A stretch of DNA of 23,414 bases. Source: Octopus sinensis (taxonomy: Eukaryota). Location of the stretch: assembly GCF_006345805.1 (NCBI RefSeq), contig NW_021836596.1, positions 1 to 23,414 of the forward strand, in the 5' to 3' direction. Under the pieces are notes generated by a model, which did no database searches, had not been told where the DNA came from, and saw nothing but the letters and a program-made list of their open reading frames with translations. A program made the translations under genes and the position numbers. This document shows, in pieces, positions 9,909 to 19,572 of the stretch (the stretch's first letter is position 1; each line of letters starts with the position of its first letter).

Positions 9909-9952
9909 AAGGAAACAAATGAGAAAAATATGGAGAGACACGAGAGAGAGAG
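9820..9952. repeat. GA-rich tract with 72-bp-period duplication
   Basis: AGATGAAA(A/G)GAAACAAATGAGAAAAATATGGAGAGACACG at 9831-9870 and 9903-9942. Confidence 0.9.
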
Positions 9953-10075
9953 AGCGACAGGAAAAATAGAGATAGCAAATATATGGATGTTTCCGAGCGC
10001 GCGTGCGCGTGTATGTATGACTGTATGTATGTGTGTGTGTATGTGTGTATGCATGTATGTATATAGTATATATAC

Positions 10076-10350
10076 TGGCCACTGGTGGTGGTGTAACACA
10101 CCATACTAATCATATCTGTCGGGCATGTGGAAGAGAGTGTAATTCGGCAGGAGAACTTAAACGACATGCAAAGGTACATGAAGCCCAGTTACAACTACAG
10201 CCGGCTATTACCGGTAAAGGTCTTAATTGCCAATTTTGTACAAGACATTGTAGATCTTTAGCTGGGCTAAAAAGTCACATTCGATCACAGTACCAGTAAC
10301 AGTTAAGCTTCGTGCAATGGCCATACTCGATAACGAGGGGGCAGCCATAA
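10076..10350 (+). mobile_element. 5'-truncated RTE-type LINE 3' end with two C2H2-like fingers
   Basis: CRACGRECNSAGELKRHAKVH and CQFCTRHCRSLAGLKSHIRS; stop at 10299. The 3' stem-loop is homologous to 5002-5034. Sits within TA/TG microsatellite. Confidence 0.7.
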
Positions 10351-10376
10351 TATAGTATATATATATATATTATATA

Positions 10377-10417
<41 letters not shown>

Positions 10418-10562
10418 CATATATATGTGCATATATATGTAAATATATATCTATTATATATCTATGTATATATTATATATATATATACCTATTATATATC
10501 TATTTATCTTTCTCTCTCTCTTTAGCTCATTATATATATATTTATATATATGTATATATATA
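10351..10562. repeat. (TA)n-rich microsatellite
   Basis: Seen directly. Confidence 0.9.
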
Positions 10563-10760
10563 CGAGCTGCAGTAAGTGTGTGTGTATGTGTAATCGTGCG
10601 TGTGTTTCATCAATATGTATTACCCACATAGACAAATAGACAATTGCACAAATAGACCCATAGACACATGGGCAATTAGCTAAGCAGATGAATAGACACA
10701 TAGAAACAACTAAAAGTGTTGGCAACAGGAAAGGCATCTGGCTATAAAGTACGGTTTCAG

Positions 10761-10898
10761 AAGGAGGAGGAGGAGGACGATGACAACGACGACGACGACG
10801 GGCGATGACGGACGACGATAGACGATGACGACGATTATGATGATTATGACGACGCGAATGATGATGACAGCGACGAAGACAATGACCACGACGACGAC

Positions 10899-10948
<50 letters not shown>

Positions 10949-11000
10949 CGACGACGACGACGACGACGACAACGACGATGATGACAACGACGACGATGAT
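10761..11000. repeat. (GGA)/(GAC)/(GAT) trinucleotide array
   Basis: Seen directly. Confidence 0.95.
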
Positions 11001-11304
11001 AACACCAAGGCAAGTTAAGATGTGCAATATGCCTTTTTCTGCTTCAATCGGGTTGACAGATTATCGAGATTATCAAAACCAGCTAAATCCTCTTAACTCA
11101 CATTAAAACATCGCCTGTTTATTACTGGTATAATGATTTCTATTGTCAGTTATTACAATTGGCTACGGACGTGGTGTCAGACAACACTGAATGATGTTGG
11201 GTTGAGATGTTTTCGTATTACCAATTCATCACAAACTTCCTTTTTGTTATTAGCAACAAATATGACGAAATTAGCAATAAATTCGTCATACCTAAGTATA
11301 CTAT

Positions 11305-11474
11305 ATATTCTTTTCTACTCTAGGCACACGGCCCAAAATATGGGGGGAGGGGGCAAGTCGATTAGATCGACCCCAGTACGTAACTGGTACTTAATTTATC
11401 GACCCCGAAAGGATGAAAGGCAAAGTCGACCTTCGCGGAATTTGAACTCAGAACGTAAAGACAGACGAAATACC
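11305..11474 (-). mobile_element. SINE family B, tail type 1, 5'-truncated
   Basis: Deu-like core with tail ...GGGCCGTGTGCCTAGAGTAGAAAAGAATA. Confidence 0.85.
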
Positions 11475-11660
11475 TGTTTCTATTTCTTTACTACCCACAA
11501 GAGGCTAAACGCAGAGAGGACAAACAAGGACAGACAAACGGATTAAGTCGATTATATCGACCCCAGTGCGTAACTGGTACTTAATTTATCGACCCCGAAA
11601 GGATGAAAGGCAAAGTTGACCTCTGCGGAATTTGAACTCAGAACGTAGCAACAGACGAAA
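11475..11660 (-). mobile_element. SINE family B, tail type 2 (complete tail), 5'-truncated
   Basis: Same core; tail GTCTGTCCTTGTTTGTCCTCTCTGCGTTTAGCCTCTTGTGGGTAGTAAAGAAAT. Confidence 0.85.
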
Positions 11661-11687
11661 GCATACAGTAAAACGGCTTGGCAAAGA

Positions 11688-12435
11688 TTGACCTTGAACA
11701 CTGGTGCGCATGCGCATTAACTTTTAACGTTCAAACTCACTTCCGCTTGTTAACAGCACATGGAACAGAACATGGAAGGAAGGTGTGTAGCGTGTGATCG
11801 TCGCATTGACCGTGACAGAGAAAGTTGTCATGGCGATACCTGTTCATAGGCCAACGCACAGTTGCAGAAAGTGTATGGAGAGGAGTGTATGAGCCGCACA
11901 TAAGTGTACGAGTGGTTCAGACGTTTCCAAGATGGCCGAAAAAATAATGTCAATATCGACGAACGTTCTTGGAGACCCACAACCAGCAGAACTGAGAAAG
12001 ACATCGCAAATGTGCCTGCAGCTATGAGGAGAAATTGTGGAATCATCATCCGTGAATTATCAGAGGATTTGCAGATTAGTTGAGGTTCAGTTCAGTCCAT
12101 TATCACTGAAGATTTGGGTATGAGACCCGTGTCTGCCGAGTTTGTGCCAGAACTACTTTTAGCTGACCAAAAAGACACCGGGGTTTCAGTTGCACAAGAT
12201 CTCTTTGATTTTGTCGCGAACGATGAAAACTTTTTGAAAATTTTGCCTAGACCTCTGAGCAGGTATCGCCAAACTTTTGGCAAAATTGGATGCAGAATCT
12301 CTGCCCAACTTTCTCTGTCACGGTCAATGCGACGATCACACACTACACACCTTCCTTCCGAGCACTGCTGTAAGCAGCGGAAGTGAGCTAGAACGTTAAA
12401 ACATAATGCGCATGCACACCAATGTTCAATGTCAA
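11688..12435 (+). mobile_element. mariner-derived fold-back (MITE-like) element with long inverted arms
   Basis: 11688-11827 is inverted at 12306-12435. The interior encodes degenerate LQKVYGEECMSRT*VYEWFRRFQDGR...DERSWRPTTS...IRELSEDL...EDLGMRPVSAEFVPELL...DENFLK. Confidence 0.9.
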
Positions 12436-12650
12436 TGAGTTCTATAGCGACAAAAACAAGTGGGAGTCGGATGGCGTAATATCAGGAGAATATGGTGGAT
12501 GGGGTAAGATATCTCAGCCAAGTTCCTATAACTTTGTTCGGGTAGCCAAAGACACATGTAGTCGGGCATTGTTTTGTTGGAACAGTACTCTTTTCCTGTT
12601 GGCAATCTCCGGCCTCAATTCTTTGATTTTTTGGTTCAAATTAGTGTAAA
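12436..12650 (-). pseudogene. mariner DD34D transposase C-terminal fragment
   Basis: RPEIANRKRVLFQQNNARLHVS...L*ELG*DILPHPPYSPDITPSDSHLFLSL, with 34 residues between the (D>N) position and the final D. Confidence 0.9.
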
Positions 12651-12767
12651 AATGTATGTAAAATTCTGCAAACCGAAATTCTGCAAGCACGCAGACAGAC
12701 AGACAGATAAATAGGTAAGTAGGCAAGAAAATACAAACGACATGGACATACATAAATGCATACTTAC

Positions 12768-12790
12768 AAACACACACACACACACACACA

Positions 12791-12833
<43 letters not shown>

Positions 12834-12872
12834 GCACACACACACACACGCACACACACACATACACACGCA
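12768..12872. repeat. (CA)n microsatellite
   Basis: Seen directly. Confidence 0.95.
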
Positions 12873-13014
12873 TATATAAATCCAGGTTGTGAGAGTTAAG
12901 TGAGGGTATAATTAGATAATTTAATAAAACAACTCTAATTTCGCAAAAGCCAAATGTATTCTAATAAAAATCTGTCTATACGTTCTCGGTAAGCATTCTT
13001 ATTTTATGATTTCA

Positions 13015-13455
13015 TGAATTCAAGGCTTAAACAACTACCTCTAACACTTCGACGTATCCAGCATCATTATTTGTAAGAGCTTGTGGAAAGATGTTAGGTG
13101 ACATGACATTGACCTTCGTTACTCACCACTTCTAAAATCATCTCATTTAGTGCACATCATTCTGGAGCTCAACAGGATTTGTACATAATCATCTGTCATT
13201 CCTCTTGTAAGACTTAGCCTGTGTCTAAGTTTTTATCACGAGAGAAAAGAAATGCGTGCTATAATCGTGAGAGTTTTTTTATACCTTGCTAAGTAATCAC
13301 TTGGCACAGACCTAGCTGCTTTGGTCTGTGAATTGGCTTCTCAGTCCGTACGACTTGTATTGAATGTTCTCCTGCATCACAGCTCTGATAATCGACTCCA
13401 ACACTTGAAGTTCTTTGGCGATGACCCTAATTGATTTTCCGCGATCATTATCGTA
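13015..13455 (-). pseudogene. Second DD37D (maT-like) transposase remnant
   Basis: Minus strand: GKSIRVIAKELQV...IRAVMQENIQYKSY, KRNDR*LC.NP, MILEVVSNEG..VMSP.IFPQ.L..N.AGYVEVLEVV. Homologous to 3045-3660. Confidence 0.7.
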
Positions 13456-13619
13456 TTTTAATTTGCGACCCATGCAGAGTCATGCGTTGTCTTATGGAGC
13501 CTTCCATTTGTTCTATGTAATTTTCTCCTCATGTTGAGCACATAATTGCATAGATTAGGTTTCAAATGCACAGGTGAAGTTATTTCTTATAGTGAAAAGT
13601 TGTCAAGTTAAAACATATA

Positions 13620-14745
13620 CACCACATTTGGGCCCTCCGCACTTTTTACTGATGTTTTTTTTGTTATAATGTGAAGTTTGGCCTGTTTTACTACTTTTTC
13701 CTTGATTTGGTTCAGCCTGCTGTCCTTTTTAAGTCTATGTATGTTCTAGAACGTGATGTTATACGGCTCATTGTTTTGGGAAGTGCAGGTAGGACTTCCA
13801 AGTTCGAAATGCTTCATTGTCTGTCTTAGTTCCTGACTTTGTTGGCCCGTTGTATTCCATTATCGATCAAGAATAGCAGGAAATTCCTGTTAGACTCCTG
13901 GATATTGAAGATGTTTATCAACATTCCTTTAAGGATACTCAAGTTCCGAAATTTTACTGACTTGAACTCCATACATTACCACGTATCCATCTTTTCCACG
14001 TGTCCCTTGGCTTAATGTTACCATGACCGTTATGTTACCCATGAGGGCTATGCAAACTGGATACTTGTGCTGTTATCGGTTTCGAGTCGTCTTGACAGTT
14101 TTCCTCCTACCTCTAAGAACTTCATCATCAGCGAATCCACGAGCGACGTTATGAGTTCGACTATTGCTGTTGGTACTTGGTAGTACTCCAGTGCACATTA
14201 GCTGGTGGGGAAACACTTGGGAAAGATTTAACGAGATCTAACCATATCATTGAGAGTGTGTTGGTGTTCCCTTTTCACCTTTTTAACGATGTCGCTGATT
14301 GCTGATGTATGTTCAAATCATCCAGTATAACATGAGACTCCTTCCTTTTGGACTCTCATGTCGATGCACTCATTGACCAGTAGATATGTTGCTAATCTTT
14401 TGGCAAACTGGTCAAGTCCTGCTGAGTTTCCTTCTTTTGAGACAACTGTCCAGAGCCGAGGATCCTGCTTCTTATTCTTCCAGATCAAACATTAAAATCT
14501 TGTTAGCCATCTCAGCAGCAGAGAACAGTTTTTTTGTAAATCTTATATATGGAACCAGATGGCCATGGAACATATTGTTCCTGAGCTTTTACAAACACTG
14601 CCCTCACTTCGACGAAAATGAAGTCTGCTATGTTGAAGTGGGTGTGAAGTTTGGGCATGGGTAGTGGGAAGAGACAATCTCCCAATATTTCTTCTGGGAA
14701 TCACCGTGTACTGCTGTAATCTCCTCTCCATCTCTTCCATCTCTC
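13620..14745 (-). mobile_element. Highly degenerate HERO/R2-group non-LTR retrotransposon RT region
   Basis: Minus-strand fragments EVRAV..KA....VPWPSG.IYKIYK..C..LLRWL, IDMRVQKEGV...G*FEHTSAI, MIWLDLVKSF.SV.HQL, MEFK..KFR.L.I.KG and KVR.G.(K)W occur in the order I recall for HERO-clade RT. Confidence 0.65.
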
Positions 14746-15449
14746 ATTTTTTGGCTTGCCGAAAAGGTCTGTTGTGAACTGAGAGCAGAACAATCTCTCT
14801 AGTGCTATAAATATTTCAAAGGAAATATTCCAAGGAGATAGTTTTTCTATAATTCTGTTAATTTTGGCGTTAAATTCATTATCATTCTTGTTACAAAAAA
14901 ATAAATAAGTAAATAAATAAAAATGGCTGCGTGTTACGGTCTGCTACTGCTAGAGATATCAATGTAACCCAAATTTTTTTTTGCGGATGACCTCAAGATT
15001 TATGCTAAAAATGTTAGCAACTTTAAAAAGCAGCTGACATAGGAATGGAATTTGGCCAAAGGAAATATTCGTATTTGATTGTTGAACATGGAAAATCAGT
15101 GCCCCAGGCCCAAAACCTGTGCATCAATGGTCTCACTATCTCTCCTGTTCTACACAAAGAATGCGATAAATACCTAGGCATTGATGAAAACATATATGAA
15201 GGTGTTGTGAATAAAAATGGAGTGACCTGAGAATATTACACCAGACTTAGAAACACGTTTCCCATAGTTTTGAAGAAGATGGTAATATCTACATTAAGCG
15301 CAGCCTCTCTTGGGCTAGTGACAGTTACATCACATCACACTTCGAAGGCGATGCATTTGTAATCCATGAACAGGAGATTGCTACAAATACCTAACAAGCA
15401 AAAAACAGTGAAGCCCTTGGAGCTCAGCGATGCAACCGAAAATGTGGAT

Positions 15450-15668
15450 CTCTTTACTCTCTTTTACTCTTTTACTTGTTTCAGTCAGTTGACTGCGGCC
15501 ATGCTGGAGCACTACCTTTAGTCGAGCAAATCGACCCCGGGACTTATTCTTTGTAAGTCCAGTACTTATTCTATCGGTTTTTTTTTGCCGAACTGCTAAA
15601 TAACGGGGACGTAAACACACCAGCATCGGTTGTCAAGCAATGCTAGGGGGACAAACGCAGACACACAA

Positions 15669-15699
<31 letters not shown>

Positions 15700-15870
15700 C
15701 ATATTTGCGACGGGCTTCTTTCAGTTTCCGTCTACCAAATCCACTCACAAGGCTTTGGTCGGCCCGAGGCTATAGTAGAAGACACTTGCCCAAGATGCCA
15801 CGCAGTGGGACTGAACCCGGACCCATGTGGCTGGTAAGCAAGGTACTTACCACACAGCCACTCCTGCGTC
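15450..15870 (-). mobile_element. SINE family A, full-length
   Basis: Complete head to tandem AAAGAGTA-type tail. Confidence 0.9.
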
Positions 15871-16023
15871 ATAACATATTTTTGTGGAAGGCATCACACG
15901 TGATTAGCAGCCGCCCAAAAGTGTCATCAAGTACTACCTCTCGATGAGACACGATGTCGCGAAAACAGTATTCGAGAAAAAAAAAGAAATTGTCCTGGAA
16001 TTATTATACAGAATCCCCCTATT

Positions 16024-16280
16024 CAGGAGTGGCTGTGTGGTAAGTAGCTTGCTAACCAACCACATGGTTCCGGGTTCAGTCCCACTGCGTGGCATCTTGG
16101 GCAAGTGTCTTCTGCTATAGCCCCGGGCCGACCAATGCCTTGTGAGTGGATTTGGTAGACGGAAACTGAAAGAAGCCTGTCGTATATATATGTATGTGTG
16201 TGTGTATTTGCTCGACTAAAGGCGGTGCTCCAGCATGGCCGCAGTCAAATGACTGAAACAAGTAAAAGAGTAAAAGAGTA
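16024..16280 (+). mobile_element. SINE family A with internal deletion
   Basis: Head and microsatellite joined directly to ATTTGCTCGACTAAAGGCGG tail; about 130 bp missing relative to 3798-4188. Confidence 0.9.
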
Positions 16281-16370
16281 TTATTGAATACAAACACAAA
16301 CATCAACTCATGGAATATTGGTGAAACATTTCCAACAACATTTCTGTCACGTGTAAACAAGGAGTAAACA

Positions 16371-16542
16371 AGGCGCAGGAGTGACTGTGTGGTAAGTAGC
16401 TTGCTTACCAACCACATGGTTCCGGGTTCAGTCCCACTGCGTGACACCTTGGGCAAGTGTCTTCTACTATAGCCTCGGGCCGACCAAAGCCTTGTGAGTG
16501 GATTTGGTAGACGGAAACTGAAAGAAGCCTGTCGTATATATA

Positions 16543-16574
<32 letters not shown>
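16371..16574 (+). mobile_element. SINE family A, 5' half
   Basis: AGGCGCAGGAGTGACTGTGTGG... up to the internal (TG)n. Confidence 0.9.
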
Positions 16575-16577
<3 letters not shown>

Positions 16578-16621
16578 AATCTGCAAGAAATAGCAGCCAA
16601 ATCTCCTTCGAATGACACTTG

Positions 16622-16933
16622 TTTTTTTGTTTTTTTATTTCTGCGCCCTTTCCAAGCCTAGCCAGGCTCATGGGCCCGGTTTCTCTGGCATATGTGTTCC
16701 CCCCAGCTGGATGGTATACCAGTCCATCGCAGCGTTACTCAAGAAACAGGAAGAGAGAGTGAGAGAAAGTTGGGGCTAAAGAGTATAACAGGGGTCGCCA
16801 CCACCCCTCGTGGAGCGTCGTGGAACTTTAGGTGTTTTCGCTCAATAAACACACACGACGCCGGTTTGGGAATCGAAACCGCGATCCCCCGACCGCGAGT
16901 CTGCTGCCCTAACCACTGGGCCATTTCGCCTCC
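16622..16933 (-). mobile_element. tRNA-derived SINE family D, full-length
   Basis: Minus strand: A-box TGGCCCAGTGG, B-box GGTTTCGATTCC, CTGCGATGGACTGG...CCATCCAG motif common in metazoan SINE bodies, A-rich tail. Confidence 0.75.
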
Positions 16934-17099
16934 ACTTGTGCTGTCTCAAAATATATTGGTTAGTGTAGTATTAGAATCACTGTACCAGAGAGGAAAGGAC
17001 AAACTGGTCACAGCTGGGACACCTTTAATTATAGCGTTTTTAATTAGGACTGATTTGGCGTTAGCTGAGATCTAAAAGGAAACTCCTACGTGGTAGTTT

Positions 17100-17245
17100 C
17101 AAATGCTAGATATAGCTAGTAGCTCTCCCTTAATATCTCACCCTACCGTCTCAGAAAAGGGCACGTTGGATAATGAAGTCCTGGGCAAACAGTATTTTAA
17201 TAAAGACGGTAGGATGGTCATGTCTGGAACGTCTTTGATCACAGC
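17100..17245 (+). repeat. Interspersed repeat family E fragment
   Basis: Segments resemble 16575-16618 (+), 6039-6076 (-) and 19472-19495 (-). Confidence 0.5.
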
Positions 17246-17267
17246 CCGTCTGTCGCGTGGATCATAG

Positions 17268-17447
17268 GTGAGCTTAGCGGTATTTCGTCTGCTGCTACGT
17301 TCTGAGTTCAAATTCCGTCGAGGTCGACTTTGCCTCTCATCCTTTCGGGGTCGATTAAATAAGTACCAGTTACGTACTGGGGTCGATATATAATCGACTT
17401 AATCCGTTTGTCTGTCCTTGTTTGTCCTCTCTGTGTTTAGCCCCTTT
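17268..17447 (+). mobile_element. SINE family B, tail type 2
   Basis: Near-identical to 8186-8345 and to the reverse complement of 11500-11660. Confidence 0.85.
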
Positions 17448-17459
17448 TAGAATGGTCAT

Positions 17460-17992
17460 TCTTGTTGTTGATGTCGTGATTGTTGTTGGTGGTGGAAAGG
17501 GTAGTGGTGGTGCTGTGATTGTTGTTATTGTTGTTTTTTTGTGGTATTGTTATTGTTGTTGTTGCAGTTATTGATATTAGTGGTGCTGTTGTTATTAGTG
17601 TTGTCATTGCTGCTGCTGCTGTTACAGTTGTTGTTGTTGTTGTTGTTGTTGTTGATGCTGTTGTCGTTTCTCACGTTGTTGTCGCTGTTGATACTACTAT
17701 TGTTGTTGTTGTTATTGTTGTTGCAGTTGTCCTCCTGTTGTTGTTACGACCGCCCCACCACCGCCTTGTGCTGGTAGTTACCGTTATTGTTATTGCCGTT
17801 GATGTTGATGTTGTAGTTGGTGTTGTTCTTGTTACTGCAGCAGTAACCAGTAGCAGCAGCAGTAACACCACTACTACTACCACCACAACCACCACTACTA
17901 CTACTACTACTACTACCACTACTACTACCACCACCACCACAACTACTACTACTACCACCACCACAACCACCACCACAACTACTACCACCACC

Positions 17993-18035
<43 letters not shown>

Positions 18036-18295
18036 ATAATAATAATGCAACTGCCGATAACACTACTGACGCTGCTGCTGCTGCTACTACTGATGAGGCT
18101 ACTGTTGATGCTGCTGTTGTTGCAGCAGTGCTTTGCTGCCGCTGCCGCTGCTGCTGCTGTTGTGTTGGTAGTGGTTGCTGCTGCTGATGATGTCACAACT
18201 GCTGCTGCTGCTGCTGCTGCTGCTGTTGTAGTTGAGGCTATAGTAATGGTGGTAGCGGTAGCAGTAGCGGCGGTCGGTCGGTGTTGTTGTTGTTG
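17460..18295. repeat. Mosaic trinucleotide array (GTT/GCT, then ACT/ACC/AAT, then GCT/GTT)
   Basis: Seen directly. Confidence 0.9.
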
Positions 18296-18413
18296 CATCG
18301 GGTGTGCGTGCGAGAGTGTATGAGTGAGTGGGAAAGTCAACGAAAGTAGCAGCCGTGGCGTCTACGGGACGAAGCCATACCGGCTTCCTTAATGAACAGG
18401 CTGGGAGGTAAGT
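18296..18413. other. Unique GC-richer island, candidate exon
   Basis: Consensus + strand donor GAG|GTAAGT (18407|18408) after ATG 18392. The same bases form a minus-strand acceptor-like CTTACCTCCCAG. No homology recognised. Confidence 0.3.
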
Positions 18414-18424
18414 GCTTGTCACAA

Positions 18425-18644
18425 TGTCATCATCATCATCATTGTCATCATCATCATCGTCATCATCATCATCATCATTGTCATGATAGCCACACCGTCG
18501 TAATTGTGGTGGTCGTTATCATCATCAACATCAACATCAACATCAACATCGTCATAGCCAGCTTCATCATCGCCACTATCATCTTAAATAATAATAATAA
18601 TAATGATAATAATAATGATGATAATAATAATAATAATAATAATG

Positions 18645-18676
<32 letters not shown>

Positions 18677-18810
18677 GGCAGTCATGATGGGTATGCTGGG
18701 CTTCGTATATGTTTACCCCAGTGTCACTTTGATGGCATGCACTGCTCTCTCACTCAATAATAATAGTAATAATGATAATAATATTAATAATAATAATGAT
18801 AGTAATAATA
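18425..18810. repeat. (CAT)n, (CATCAA)n and (AAT)n arrays
   Basis: Seen directly. Confidence 0.9.
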
Positions 18811-18990
18811 ATTCTTTCTACTGAAAGGCACAAGGCCTGAAATTTGGTGGGAAGGGTATAATCGATCGCACTGACCACAGTACTTGACCAGTGCTTTAAT
18901 TTACCGACGCCGAAAGGATGAAAAAGCAAAGTCGACCTCGGCGGAATTTGAACTCGGAACGTCAAAAGCAGGCGAAATACCGCTCAAGTA
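18811..18990 (-). mobile_element. SINE family B, tail type 1, diverged
   Basis: Deu-like core; tail CAGGCCTTGTGCCTTTCAGTAGAAAGAA running into (TTA)n. Confidence 0.8.
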
Positions 18991-19005
18991 TAATTTAACC
19001 TGTTG

Positions 19006-19250
19006 ATAATAATAATAATAATAATAATAATGATGATGGTGGTGGTGGTGGTGGTGGTGGTGGTGAATTATTATTGTCCCCCCCAAGGGCCACAGATGGA
19101 GTGTGCTGGAGATGAGAGAAGGTAATATTACGAGAACAATGAAAGATGAGACCAAGGAGGAGGAGGAAGGGGAGGAGGAAGAGAAAAGGATGATGATGAT
19201 GGTGGTGATGGTGGTGGTGGTTGCGGTGGTGGTGGTGGTGGTGGTGATGT
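19006..19250. repeat. (AAT)n/(GGT)n/(GAG)n trinucleotide arrays
   Basis: Seen directly. Confidence 0.85.
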
Positions 19251-19572
19251 TTCGTTGAAATTTTATCGTGTCACGTTTGTTTGCCACATTGTTTATTTGG
19301 TGTTGTTGTTGTTGTTGTTTAGCCCCCGGTCAATCCTGATTGAGTCGATCCTTATAGAGCGAAGAATCCCCTGTCAGGGATCATCTCGTTTGCCTTGCTT
19401 CTCCCTTCGTTGCAAGGGGGTCAGGTAACAGAGGGACTGACTACGGTAATAAGGAGCAGCATGGAATTTTAGCGAGATTTTGGCTGCTGTTTCTGGAAGG
19501 CAGAGACATTACATATAGGTTTCCATGGTTCCTGTAGAGACGGTAGTGGTAGCAGTGTCATAAGCTTTATCC

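Larger units (their letters stand above)
14805..16362 (+). mobile_element. Degenerate R4/Dong-like (RLE) non-LTR retrotransposon, interrupted by two SINEs
   Basis: IFQGDS.S..L.ILALN.LS.LL, FADDLKIYAKN, DIGMEFG..K, KYLGI, FVIHEQEIAT and CNRKC; after the SINE, EGITHVISS.PK..S.YY...RHDVAK; after the second SINE, EYW*NI. Confidence 0.75.

Noticed and set aside
10717-10750. GTTGGCAACAGGAAAGGCATCTGGCTATAAA resembling a motif seen in RTE-related repeats
   Set aside because: Too short and single-copy in this window to support a call.
10522-11106. His/Arg-, Val/Ile- and Met/Thr-rich ORFs
   Set aside because: Alternative frames of one trinucleotide array.
16860-16933. tRNA gene (also heads at about 5950-6005 and of SINE A/B)
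   Set aside because: A/B boxes are present but there is no complete cloverleaf, and the sequence continues into a SINE body.
18320-18407. A-to-I recoding of TAG (18347-18349) to Trp to extend the ORF
   Set aside because: Pure speculation without evidence of transcription or a pairing structure.
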